Shown piece by piece: positions 24,662 to 38,069 of a stretch of 58,513 nucleotides of DNA. The stretch is taken from contig MQRK01216208.1 in the NCBI GenBank assembly GCA_001938485.1, positions 30,119 through 88,631 of the forward strand, given 5' to 3'. The first letter of the stretch is position 1, and each line of letters starts with the position of its first letter. The notes below the pieces were generated by a model. The model ran no database searches. It was not told the origin of the DNA and was given only the letters and a program-made list of their open reading frames with translations. This DNA is from Girardia tigrina. Lineage: Eukaryota. A program made the translations under genes and the position numbers.

Positions 24662-25380
24662 ATGTCTCCATCTAAAAAGAAAAAATCTTCGAAAATAAAT
24701 TTCCACCAGCAATTCCAGGAATTATTATTTATATATCAAGATCAACAAGAAAATATATCACGGCTAAATGAAAAATATAATTTTCTATCAAATACATAGG
24801 AAAAAATATTGTTCGATGTACAAAACAATGTTGATTACTCTTTATTAGCATTAAGAATTTCCAAAGCTAGAAATAAAGCGAAACATAATCAAATAAATCA
24901 GCTCAATTCCTTTTCTCACGTATCAATACCGAAAATTGGTACACTAATCCCAAACGGAATTTTTGTGGGCGGACTCACATCAAATACAACTGAGGACGAA
25001 TTAAAAATTTTCTTTTCGAGTTATGGTCCAATTAAATACGCAAATATAATAAATGATCGTACGGGAATATCAAAAAGAAGCTATGGATTTGTGACTTTTG
25101 AAAATCAAGAAATTGCTGAAAAACTCACAAGAATGAATCTGAAATATTGATCTTTAAAGAGAGAAAATTGAACATTAAATAAGCTGTAAGAAAGAAAAAA
25201 TTATATCCATATGCTTTGCAAAATGGATCAACTTTATGTCAGGTTCCTGTGCAACATTATTCAGCTTTAACATCGTTGTCTCCACAATATGCAACTATGA
25301 TGCTACCTCAACCGACTACAACCTCAGTATTAACCTCGCTCTGCTCTAGTATTCTCTCTTATCTTTTATATACTTTCGTT
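24662..25380 (+). pseudogene. boule: Intronless boule/DAZ-family RRM, in frame with an ~87-codon leader starting just after the PBS
   Basis: PKIGTLIPNGIFVGGL (RNP2) and RSYGFVTF (RNP1), then after a frameshift LIFKERKLNIK*AVRKK and a P/Q/Y-rich tail. ATG at 24662 is in frame with the RRM, with one TAG at 24797. Confidence 0.85.
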
Positions 25381-25407
25381 ATCAAATAATAATTATGTAG
25401 CAAATAA

Positions 25408-25884
<477 letters not shown>

Positions 25885-27222
25885 TTCTCAACATGTGTCA
25901 TGTTAATCTTTGTAAATCTGTAGAATAATAATATTTACTAAAGTAACGTATAATAAAAAATCCTATTTTTCCTCATTTTAAAAAATATTTTCAAATCTGA
26001 AATATTTCTGCTTATGTCAATGTTGAATTATAAAATTATAATAAATTTATTTTTTTAAATACACTTATAAAATTTATTCATGTTGGTATTCTTTAGAGTT
26101 AATTTTAACAATTTTAAGATATGTTTCCATTTGAATTTGAGTGGTAAATAGAGATAAAACCGATTGAGGTGCTGGCCACCGGATCGAACTGTAAAGACCA
26201 GCTCTCTTCAATGTGTGGGAAATTGTCGCTCTGCGGGGCGGATCAGACGGTATAGTGCCAACCAGAATTTGATTGGACCCGGCAGATGCCGGTCAGAGTA
26301 CCAATAAGTAACGGTCTCACGTCCCCAACTTCCTGGACCGCGTTTTCGTCTCAGTGAACGCCAATGTCACTCGAAAATGTGGACGGTTCGCTCGGTTTGT
26401 CGATACGCGGCCTGAATGCTTGGTTGGTGAGGTTTTGTTGATGGATTTTAGAGCACCTCACCGATTTAAATATTTTTTTTACAAAATTCTGCAATCTAGA
26501 TTTGGTATGGTACCTGTTTGCACTAGTATTCATATTTTTGGCTCAATTTTTATATTTTTAAAATTCTAATTTGAAAGTTTTTTTAAGTAGGTGTCGGAAG
26601 TATTGTTACTGGGATATATATTAGTTTAAAAAGATTTTGGAGTTTTTATTACATTATTTATGTGATTTTCGTAACTTTTCAGTCAAAGTTGTCATAAATT
26701 TTATATTAACAGCTTTGGTCAGTTCATACAAATGTGATTGATTTTACAATTGTGTTAATTGCAAATAGCAATTTGAAAAAACAAGAAATCAAAATGTCCT
26801 TAAAATTGATTAAGAAATTTATATAAGATTATTAGTACCATTATTGCATTATTATTTTAAAATATATTATTAAGAACACCAATTTGACTTTTCATATTTT
26901 TATTTAAACAACAATTTTTATTGTCCTTAAGACAATCTTTGTCAAAGCTTTCGTACGATTGCATTCTAAACTAAATTTATTAATACATTAATTCTTATTA
27001 TTTTTTTAGCAAATGGAAAAATAAATATTTTATTAAAATTATTTAAAAAAATATTAATTTGATTTATTTATTAAAAATTGTAAAGATTAATTAACTTTAT
27101 TGGGTTCTTGATCAAAAGACGTCATTAACACAGAACTTTATGTCTAATACAACTTTCATTATTCAAAAAAAATTATGAGGAACAATATTTCAGTTACATA
27201 AACCAGATTTTGAAATTCTAAA

Positions 27223-27238
27223 TATAAATATTAATATC

Positions 27239-27286
<48 letters not shown>

Positions 27287-27302
27287 GATATTATTATTTA
27301 TA
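27223..27302. repeat. 80-bp near-perfect palindrome centred on (TA)n
   Basis: TATAAATATTAATATCGATG-(TA)20-CATCGATATTATTATTTATA; one mismatch between the arms. Confidence 0.9.
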
Positions 27303-28057
27303 TATGTTATTTTATTCAATTTTGCATAAATCATATCTTGCTTTTGTTTTATTAATTTTTTACAATGTTTATTAATTGAAATATAAATTTAGATCTTTAA
27401 AAATATTTTAATGGACATTTCATTTTTGAGATAAAATTTTATAATAATGTTTAGTTATAATTTAAAAATTAATTTTATCAATTTAAAGTTTCAAAATTTA
27501 TTACATTTCACAAATTGAAGGGGAAGAAAAACTTATAAATTGATTTTGGTGAAATAATTGAATTAACAAGAAATTTGTTTATACATGTGTAATTTTGTCA
27601 TTAATAAAGTTTGCAATAAATATGACTTCAGAAATCTCTGATAATGAAAATAGCACAAACGCTACTTACAGGCTCTAAAATTTATCCTCTCCTTTTTTAC
27701 GCAGAATGAATCTCTAATAATGTATTCGCATCTGCTAACGCATAATTGCCTGTTTCTATCGATTTTAAAGCTTTCCGTAATCGATCGTAGTCCTAACTCA
27801 GTTCTTTTAACAAATTTAAGAACATGGTCGAAAATAAGGAAAATTAATGTTGAATAAAATAAAAAAATTAAATGTAATAATAAAATTGATAATTTCAAGA
27901 TATTATGTAATCGTTTCGATTGTTGTTGTGAGAGATTATGCTCATATTTAATGTTCAATTTACCTACCAGCGTTTTGAGAATGTTTTACGTTTACATTTA
28001 TGAACAGGTGAATCAGATAATTAGTAAGGGATCCGGCGATGAAGAATGATACGTCGA

Positions 28058-28455
28058 TGTAGTGGGTTCGATCACGCTTTTCGTGATCGGGAAACCAAAA
28101 AGGAGAACAAGCCGACTACAACATTTAATTACATAAAAATATTCATTTACGATTGAAATCCCTTGTTGATCTTCAGTTCTTCTATTCGACATTTTTCGTA
28201 ATTCTGATTATTAAAACAAAAAAAACGTTTTCGTTTTTTTAAATTAAATGTTGATTTAATTTTTCTGAAAGAATTTTTTTGTTCAACTAATTTAGACATT
28301 TCTGCTTGATTTTTTATAGGAAAATGTGCTTCGAATAAATTAGTTGCTTAATATTTTTTTAGTAAAATAGTAAAAAAAATTGAATGTTATTTACATAAGT
28401 GAAATTTGTAAAAATTTATATGATTTGATTATTCAAGGAAAATCAAAGCGCCACA
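28058..28455 (-). repeat. 3' LTR of the Gypsy element
   Basis: TG...CA termini (TGTAG/CCACA on the + strand) adjacent to the GGGGG polypurine tract. Confidence 0.75.
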
Positions 28456-31400
28456 AAAGCCCCCCGTGAAGAAGTCGGAGACGGTGAGATGATTGTTATG
28501 GTTTTGTTGGACTGAGGCGGGTGGTATTGGATGATTGTATCCATAGAGAAAACCGAGCTGTTTTGTGTTTTTGGGTAAGAACGTGGGCTGTGTGTGTCTC
28601 GACTGGGTCGTCCTCAATGTGAATGCATGACTTCAGTTTGCATATATTAACTACGCGGTGTGTGCCGTTGTAGTTTATGGTCGCGGTGTTGTTCTGCATG
28701 TCCAGGTGAAGAATGTGGTATGAACCGGTGTATCGGGTTTGCAGAGAGCTGGGGTGTTCTCGAATTAGCTAGACGAATTTCGCGTTAATCAGGTCCTTGG
28801 TAACGTAAACCTTGTAGGTGTCTTGCGACGATGAGGAAGTATCTAAATTTTTGAAATAACTTCGTGCCTGTTCCAGGTGTTCATCGTTACTGGGGCTGTC
28901 ACTGAAGAATAATTCGTTCACAAGTGAAGTGTTTGAACCGAACAGCATTTGAGCCGGTGAGGAGCCGTGGCGGCTGCTGGGAATGTTGCTCCACCCGAGT
29001 AGAATGAGAGAAAGTTATTTGACCCAGTCCTTAGTTGCGGTCAAAGTCCTTAAGGAATTCTTGAGTGTATGATGAAACCTTTCAACGATGCCATTAGACT
29101 GCGGATGGAGCGCTGTTGTTTTTATTCGTTGTGTACCTAGTCTATTGAGAAGGTCGTTGAATATGTTGGATTCGAATTGACGTCCCTGGTCGGTTATGAG
29201 TCGTTTGGTAACGCCAAATCGTGCTATCCAGTTGTTAACGAAAATGTTGACGACTGACTCCGTAGTGATAGTTCACATCGGAAACGCTTCTGGCCAGCGT
29301 GTGTTCCTGTCAATGATAGTGAGAAGATAGGAGTATCCGTTGCATGTTGGTAAGGGACCGACAATGTCCATGTTTATGGTGTCAAAATGACTGACGGTTG
29401 AAAATTGAGTATTGGCGGTTTNNNNNNNNNGTTGCTTGGCATTGTAGGCAGCTTTTGCACCATAACTTGACATCTCGGTGCATGTATGGCCAGATGACCT
29501 TAGTGAGCAAGAGTTCGAAGGTCGCCTTGGAACCTGGATGTGCTAAGTTGTGAACTGCTTTGAATGCAACATAACTGAGGGCGGGGCCCAAACGGGATGT
29601 ATACATCCTGCGATGGGAGTGTCAAAGTAGATGTGATAACGTGCAGTTGGTCGTTTCCTGAAGATGGCCAGGTCCTTGTCCGAAAAGGGATTCTGTTCTA
29701 GTATCTCATGTGTGAATAGGGGTTCGAAATCCAACAACGCAAGTTCTATTCTCGAGAAACAATCGGCCAAAATATTGTCTGAGCCGGTGATAAATTTGAT
29801 GTCAGTATCAAATAGCGAGATGGAGCGAATCTGCCGCTGTTGACGTGGTGAAGGGCTCTTCATCTGGAAGATCTGTAGAAGCGGTTTGTGGTCGGTGAGT
29901 ATTGTCGAAGATCTGCCGATGAGTAGATGTTCGAAGTGTTTCACCGACAGAAATAGTCCCAAGAGCTCTCTATCGAAGGTTGAATATCTGGTCTGGGCAG
30001 GTGACAGCTTCTGGGAGTAGAATTCCAGTGACTCTGGTGTGTTTCCGTGTATTTGTGTCAAGACCGCTCCAATCGCGATGTTCGATGCATCAGTCGTCAA
30101 GGTTATTGGCAGTGCTCCTCTGGATATCTGAGTGTCGTGGAGTGTGCGATATCGTATTTAATCTGTTGAAATGCTTTGATGGCCTCATAAGACCAGGAAA
30201 GAGATTGTTTCTTTTGTCCAGAGGACATGTTGGTGAGTGAAGCAACTGTTGCGGATATATGTGGGATGAATCTGCGGCAATAATTGACCAGGCCAAGATA
30301 ACTGCGCATGGATGTGACTGTTTCCATTCGGGGAAACTCGGCTATGGCTTTGATTTGATCCGCTAAAGGACGGATGCCGTCGGCTGACAAAATGTGTCCT
30401 AGGAATGTGACCTGTGTCTGGAAGAATTTGCATTTCGGAAGTTTAGATTGAGCTGGTGCTCGTTGAGTCTGGTCAGTGTTTCAGACAGGTGCTGCTGGTG
30501 TGTGTCTTCGTCTGGTGTAGTTACGACGAAGTCGTCGACGTATGCTACTGTGTAGGACAGACCATGGAGCACGCTGTCGATGTGGCGCTGGAACGTCTGC
30601 GAGTCGTTGCGCAGGCTAAATGGCATTCTAAGATATTCGAAAAGGACAAATGGTGTGACAACGGCTGTTTTTGGAATTGATGCTTCGTTGACTGGTATTT
30701 GGTGATAAGTCTTGGCCAAATCGAGTGACGAGAAGATTTTGCATCCCGCAAAACGTTGCAAAATGTCGATGATTAATGGCAGGCGTCGTGACCTGGTTCA
30801 ACCCTCTGCAGTCCCCGCATATTTGGATGGAACCATCCTTCTTGGGCACGATCTGGAGCGGTGCTGCCCAGGGTGAACTGGAGCGTCGTACAATGCCCGA
30901 AGTTTCGAATTCAGAGAATTCTTTCTCGGCAAGAATTTGCCGTTCTTGACAAAGTTCCCGGCGATGTTGTCATATGGGTGCGCATGGCATGGTGATGATC
31001 ACGTAATTTGATATGCAACTACCCGAGAATGAGCTCACGGTGGGGTTACCAACGATGTTGGGAAAGTTAAGTAACTGATTGAGGTTAGACAACGACGTAC
31101 ACACTGGAGTGTTGGTTGGTGTGTGACGCGCCGTTGTTGATTGTGGAAGTGAAAGAAGTCTCCGGTTCCTGCAGTCTACTAGCAAACCGAAGTGGACGAA
31201 GAAATCTTCCCCGAGAATTGGTTGAGTGACATCGGCAACCGTGAACGTCTATTGGAAAAGGTTATCCAGTGGGGCAAGGTGAAATGACATGTTGACTGAA
31301 CCATAGGTATGAACGATTGAACCGTTGGCGGCCGTGAGACGTGAGACTGTGCGTCGAGTCTGTGGTTGCACAATTTTGGCAGGACCAAAATGGCGGAGCC

Positions 31401-32710
31401 CGTATCGATTAAAAATGTTAATCTGGTGGTGCGTGGAGCGGTGACAATTGCATCGCACACAAAAATTCCGCAGCATATGTCATCGTCTTCTGTGTCGGCT
31501 GCGAAGACCGAAAATGATCCTAGTTTTTTGACGGTTTATAAGTACAGCCAGGCGCGCATCGTTTCGCCTGATCCCCTAGGCGGGAGTGATAAACACAGAC
31601 TGTGTCCATTTCCAATCCGTTTGTTTGGTCCTTCCAGGTGCATTCTGGCAGGCATCTCTTTGCCTCGCGGCCGAACTTCGAATGAACCAACACACGTTTG
31701 CACTTAGTGATCGATTTCGGCTTGTTGCTGAACGTCTCTGATGGGATTCTCATGACCTCATTGTACTGAGTGCTGTTATTTGTGTTGTGATTGTTTGCAT
31801 TTGTGTCTGTAATGCCTCAATTTGTGTAGATAGTGTATCTGGTGCTGTGGTTGAGGTTGTTTGTGTCTGTTGTGTGTTCACAGCAAAGCATGTGTTTGAT
31901 TCGGTTGGTTGTGTGGCCATGATGTTGTCTGCAATTTTGACAAGTTCAGTTACATCGGTGACATTAGTGGCAGCAAGAACGGCTTGAGCCAGTGGTGTAA
32001 GTGACCGCAGAAAAAAACGCTTAAGTAGATCGGAATGAGATCCATTAGTGATTTCTGGGTGTATAGTTTCTAAGTCTGTCACGATCTTGTTTAAAAAGAA
32101 AGATGGTTTCTAGTGACCAATGTGTGTGATTTGAAGTATGTGGCGAAAATGTCATCGTGTGTGTGTTTCTCGTGTGTGCCGATCGTCGCTATGGGTGATG
32201 AAACAGATTGCAGAAGTTCGGGTGGAATAACACATAATGAATGATGGAACATGACGACTTGGCTCGTGTTTCGCTGAATGTGGAACCTCATTTCCAGAAT
32301 TCTTAACCAACTTTGTGGTGTTCCATCTTTGTCTAAAAAGTACGGTGGCGGTGTTGGTGGTAGTGAAATGGCGTTGATGTCTTGTAGCTGTGTCGTTGAG
32401 TTATTCATCACCCCGGTATAGAATCGTTAACGGTTATGTAGGACTGGTTCTCTATACCGTGGTCAAGCCATGTGAGCTGTAGACGCAGTGGTTTTATGTG
32501 CCAACAACCAGATTTGACAACCACGGATGTGTGATAATAAGATGGTGGTGTCGTGGATCGATGCTGTGACCGCCACAGATAATTCACATGTTCCCGATTT
32601 CATGCGTAAGAAAATATTTATGTGATCACTAACAGTTGGGAACGTGACGCCATGTGTGTTGTACGCAGAGACAAAGGTGTGGTAACATCTTTAGTCACTC
32701 AATCCCCCCC
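28058..32710 (-). mobile_element. Ty3/Gypsy LTR retrotransposon (decayed; gag-PR-RT-RH-IN, 3' LTR present)
   Basis: gag 32411-31520 with CxxHxxxGxxAxxC-type motifs; protease FLIDTGS (~31410); [22 protein letters not shown]; RNase H TTDASN..IGAVL, TDHKPL; integrase HPG, C..CQ, DIVGPLP, TDQGRQFES, GIVERFH. G-rich PPT, then LTR 28455-28058 (TGTGG...CTACA). Confidence 0.92.
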
Positions 32711-32839
32711 GAAAAATCAAAACATTCCATCATCTATAAAGATTTTTTAATATTAATATAATTATTAAAGGAATTATTATTGAAACAATTAGTAAAATAT
32801 TCATATAAAATATCGAAGACACAAATTCCGGATAATTTA

Positions 32840-33130
32840 TTCTTCAATGAAGAAATGCCAAAATCAATCGGACAAACCTGAAGAGCCATTGTGTCGGTAA
32901 TCGTCGCAAGTTTAGCGGTGGCTGTCGGTATCCGGAATCTCGGTAAATAGAGTTGAGGGTTGATTTGGTGGACCAGAATGCAGTTTCCAGATCGAAGGAA
33001 TTTATTTTGGCAACCTGGTTGTGTATCGGTGACGATTGTTGGCTCATATCGAGTCGTCGACATTGCTGAGGCGAAACAGATGAGTGTTGCGGTCGCCGGA
33101 ATCGGGTTCTTGATAACTTCTGACACCAAT
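32840..33130 (-). mobile_element. 5' fragment of another Gypsy element (PBS-Leu + gag start)
   Basis: TGGTGTCAGAAGT at 33128-33116, followed by gag-like VAKINSFDLETAFWST. Confidence 0.6.
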
Positions 33131-33739
33131 AAAAGTGCCACAGTCGAAATAAATTGTTATGAAAAAATATACTTCGAAATGGATAAATTTCGTTTTTAAT
33201 ATTAGTAATATATTAAAAAATTAAAATAAATAGATTTTTCGTTTCAAAATATTAAAAGAGAATTCAAATTATATTTGTAAATCTTTATTTTAGTCACTTA
33301 TAAATTGAAGTAGTAAAGATATCATAAATGAATGATAATTTGTGTTAAATATTTTAAAAGATACAAATATGTATTATCTCTATATTCGTTTATATTTGGA
33401 GAAACTTTAATATTTTGGAAAAAAATGTCACATTATTTAACAATTTTAATTTTTGGCTCTTTGACCACAAAGAGTAAAATATAGATTAATTTGTTTTACA
33501 AAATCTAAATATCAATTTTAAAAAAACGTCAAATTTATTTGAATTTTAAATGCAAGAAAATAATAATACAGAAGATAAAAGAAGATTGAAGAAAAATAAA
33601 ATTGGTGTTTTACAGAAACAAAATACTTTGTTAAGCTTTTATACAATTCTTGTTTAATCTTCAAATAGGATTTAAATGGTCTCTCATATACATTCCATAT
33701 AGAAACATATGGATATTAAGAACACTAATATGATTTTCG

Positions 33740-34562
33740 ACACTAATGACTATCACAAATATTATAAAACATCGCAATAATGTGAACAATATTGCAAAAA
33801 GATTCGAAAAATAAACCATATTTTTGACATGGAATGATGAAAAAATATTGCCCTTGGATGAGTTGGATGTTAGTTGTAACATACGACAAAAATATGGCCG
33901 CAGTGTTCATGGGTCAACACCACGAAAAAATGTAACGACGACTAGATCTAAAAATATTGGTTTAAATTAAGTGAGAAACCCTGTAAAATCAGTACTATGA
34001 TTAATCGCCACAAAAAGTTCTTTTCTATTTGTGCTATCCACATTTTTAATAGAATTCTTCCATTTCGAAAAGACTTCTTCCATATAGTTCCGTTGTAGAC
34101 AATAGGGTGGCAAATATGCTACATCATGACCACAAAAATTCATAAAATCATTTATTTCTATTCTTTTGTGTATACTACTGTTACCAATTATAAGTTGCAA
34201 TCCATTGGTGTTATTTTCATGCATCATTTACATTAATTCATGCAAATATAACATAAATCCATCAAGATTATATGATAATTCTTTGATCTTAAAATATACG
34301 ACTTTTTTTTAGATTTTTGGCCACGTTTTGTCGTGTGCTGCAACTAACTCCAAAATCATCTAAAAACAATATTTTTCGTCATCTCATGTCAAAAAATCGA
34401 TGCAATATTAAAATTATTTTCAATATTGTTCTTATTATTGCGACGTATTGACACTAATTATTTTTTTTAATGTAAGAATAAAGATAATGCCTTGGCTTAA
34501 ATTACTTGCGCATCGGCTTCAATCATTTGCGTATTGGCTTACATTAAGTGGGAAACCCTGTA
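33740..34562. mobile_element. Two nested, oppositely oriented Tc1/IS630-like transposon remnants
   Basis: Plus strand: LPLDELDVSCNIRQKYGRSVHGSTP. Minus strand: LIIGNSSIHK...YLPPYCLQRNYMEEVFSKWK. The TIR-like TACAGGGTTTC(C/T)CACTTAAT occurs at ~33966-33986 and ~34543-34562. Confidence 0.75.
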
Positions 34563-34909
34563 ATTAATTTAAAATATTAATTCATTTAATTTTTTTAAAA
34601 ATTTATAAAAAATTTATCAAATTATTTAAAATTTTGCAATGATAATAAATAAAAATAAACTTCTATATTATAAACTTATAAACTTATAAGTTAAATTAAA
34701 TTAATTTAAGATTATAAAATTAAACTATTAATCATCCATCTGAGTTGGAAGAGACACAATCCAAACATTCACACACAGGTTCTGATCTATTTGCAGCTGT
34801 TGAAACAAGGGGAAGTTGTTAAAACTGAATTATTAATATTAATAAAAAGTCGAATTGAAAATACGTCTGTCACTGTAATTGTTTTTTAAATTTAATAAAT
34901 TTTAGGTCA

Positions 34910-37900
34910 TGTGAGATATTTGGAATGTTGATGTTTTGTGCATTGTTTGCTCGTTTAAAGGTTGAGTGTTAATTTGCGTTCGTGTCTCTCTTAATCAGAT
35001 GGACGATTAATATTTTAATTCTTATAATATGAAACTACTTCTTTTAAATTTTGATTTAATATTAAAATTTTTAATTTATTATTATTGTAAATTTTTAAAA
35101 AATTAAATCAAATTTATGTTTTAAATGATTATAAAAAGTCATTTTACTTTAACCAATAACATTTAAATTATTTTATTTTAAATAAAATAATGCTTTTCCA
35201 GTTAGTTTAGATTTGGGATGAGAAGTATTAAACATTGAATTATGGCTTCAAGTGAGAGCAATACTATTGATTGTCATAGAGGTGATCAAAATTGTGAATG
35301 TAATTGTAATCGACTTTCGTTTTTTTAATTAACCAATTAATTTGAATTAAAATATATTTATTTAGTATATATCACTTTTTTTTTCATTTTTTTAATAATC
35401 AATATTTATATTTTTTCTTTTAATTTAATATAAATAATTAAATGTTGATAATGAATGGTTGTCAACAAAATTGAAAATTAAAATTGCAATCGATAAATGG
35501 ATTTACAATTTTAACAATATACGAAAGTATTATTTCGTTTTTGATTCTTTCTCCTTCCTTGGTAGGAGAAGAAGTAGGACAGAAGAAGTTTAAAAACTAA
35601 ACTTATAGTTCCTCGTCCGAAACAATTATCACTTAATCCAAAAGTGCCGAACATCCGATCTAATAGTCAGTCATAATTCATTTTTTCCAACAATTGACGA
35701 AATTATATATTAGAACCAACTAATTCAAAGAATAACCGGAAGCCTCAACTACCAGTTAGAAAATTAAAGAATCCCGGTGTTTTTTAAAAAAAAGAACTGA
35801 CACAAATAACAAGAAGCCAATCCGAATTATATTTCATTATTTGGCCACATAAGAGTCTCGAATTTATATTACAATGCAGGGAGCAAAGAAGGGAGTGACC
35901 GGAACATTAAGTAATATTTCCTTCGTGATTATATATTTTCTCTCCCTCTATATATACTGATTATTATTGTGATTAATACCTTATTTTTTTTCTTTCTGTT
36001 GAATTATTTAACCGTTTAATATATAATTGTTAAATTAATTATAAATATTATTGAATTTGTTTCTCGATCAATATTTGCAGAAGTAAATTCACTGATCAAT
36101 ACGCTCCATCAGTTAGTTTAATTCTGCAATAGTAATAAATTTTCTACCCAATGTGTGAGTTCTCTTAACATGGCGACTTCACACCACGTGACTCCGAACA
36201 TCAAAGATCCAGAAACATTTGATGGATTCAAGTACAAATTAGAGGAATTCTTGATAAGTGTAATAGGTATTCAACAATTATGGGTTAATTAGAAGAAAGG
36301 AAAATCCTACTGCTAACACCCTACTTGACTCCAGATGTGATTTTGAGATACGAGAAAGCACCAGGAAGTACTTGCGAAGAGAAACTGCGATCGGCATTTT
36401 CAAAAGAAAAATCTATTTTGGACTTGATAAAAGATCTTATAGAGTTAAGAATAAGTTTTGGGGACCCGTCTAATGCTTTCCGTAAAGCAGATGAGATAAT
36501 TGAAAGACTAGTGGAGAAAAAGTTTGGTAAGAAAGAACTATCAAACTTTTTCTATGCTAATATGATTGATGATGATAACGCCGATCAAGAGATAGCGATT
36601 CGAGCTGCAACAAAGACAGAGAAGATTAAAAACATACAAATGAGGATATATGAATACGGTAAAAAGAAAAAAATCACCAATAGAAGCAAAGATCACAAGG
36701 AAAGTAAACGATTGGAAAACTGTGGAGAATAAAAGAAGAATACCAAAACCATGGAACGAAGAAGTAAAGAAAGAAAGTGCAAGTCAAAATTTTAAAATCA
36801 GAAATTTTTTTTATAGGCTATGTCATGAGGAAGGTCCTGTTCGAATCGTTGGAATGACAGGAGGGATTATTCTAATCAATAATGTAGAGAAAGATTGGCA
36901 TACATGAATAAGAAACAACATTTGGCGGAGTTAGAAAACAGGGATGATGAAATGGACAGGAGATCATAAATATCTTATAGAAGAAAAGAGAATACAGCAA
37001 GAGATTATTCTAGAGGTAAAAGAAGATTTGGAGACGAACCGGGAAATGAGGATGCTTTATCACAAAGAGAGGTGCTCAGTGTGCTTCATTAGGAAATCAA
37101 TTTAAATGTATATTTGATTGTAAATATGAATGTATGTGTGATTGTATGTTTGATTCATATGAAAATATTCCTCGAGAGATTTGCGAACCTGAATGTGAAC
37201 ATATTGGAAATCGTGAAAAGTGTAATAGTATGAAAATTCAAGATGATAAGAAATTAAATGGTAAAACGGAAATATTGAAGATATCAAAGTTTAAGATAAA
37301 TTATAAAGAATTAAAAGGATGCCCATGTGTGGATTTTTATGTTGAAGAAAAGTTCATTACCTTTTAAATACCGGAGCCAGAGTAAATGTAATTAAAGTGG
37401 AGATAATTAAAAATATGAAAGATATTTAAATTAGAGAAACGAAAAAACGTATCCTTTGCGCAAATGATTCAGAACTGATCAATTATGGAATCATACAATT
37501 GAATGTGACTTTAGTTTGTATTAGAGTTTTATGTGGTCAAAGAACCAGACCCCGAAATGATCGCAGCTATAGATCTCTTCGATAAATTCGGAATGAAACC
37601 GAAAAGAAAAATAGATCGAAGTGGGGAAATATTGGTGATTAGAGAAAAACCATCAGATGAGGACAAACTAAAACGAATAATGAAAATATTTAACAAGCAA
37701 ATTGACGAGCAATTAATGAAGAATTGAATAGATTATAAATCAGTATTCATGGCCGATAAGTTGGAAATCGAGGAAACATCATTGACAAAATACAGAATAG
37801 ACACACACATGGATTCAATACTATTAAAGCCTTATCGGCAACCAAAACATTTTGAGGACAAATTGGATGATGTTATAAAAATTTCGATGAAAATGACAAT

Positions 37901-38010
37901 CGAAAAGTGTAGCTTACCATAGAATTTTCCATTAGTATGTGTGTGGAAGAAGGACAAACAATATATTCGAGTGTATGTAGATTTCCGCCAGTTGAATAAA
38001 ATAACCGCGT
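34910..38010 (+). mobile_element. Ty3/Gypsy element, 5' half (long 5' LTR, PBS, gag, protease, RT start)
   Basis: LTR TGTGAG (34910) ... TTAACA (36170); PBS TGGCGAC; gag PNIKDPETFDG...; protease NTGARVNVI (~37366); RT PYRQP, FPLVCVWKKDK, RVYVDFRQLNKIT. Many lesions. Confidence 0.8.
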
Positions 38011-38069
38011 AGAAAACCGCCAATCAAGATTGTCCTCGTTATTGCGCGGGGGCTAGATGGCGACACACA

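Noticed and set aside
26160-26420. GC-rich island as an ncRNA or gene
   Set aside because: No recognisable RNA motif; broken frames weakly resemble Gypsy gag, too weak to call.
28030-28080. tRNA B-box-like GGTTCGATC and 5.8S-like CGATGAAGAA
   Set aside because: No cloverleaf or extended rRNA similarity; it coincides with an LTR terminus.
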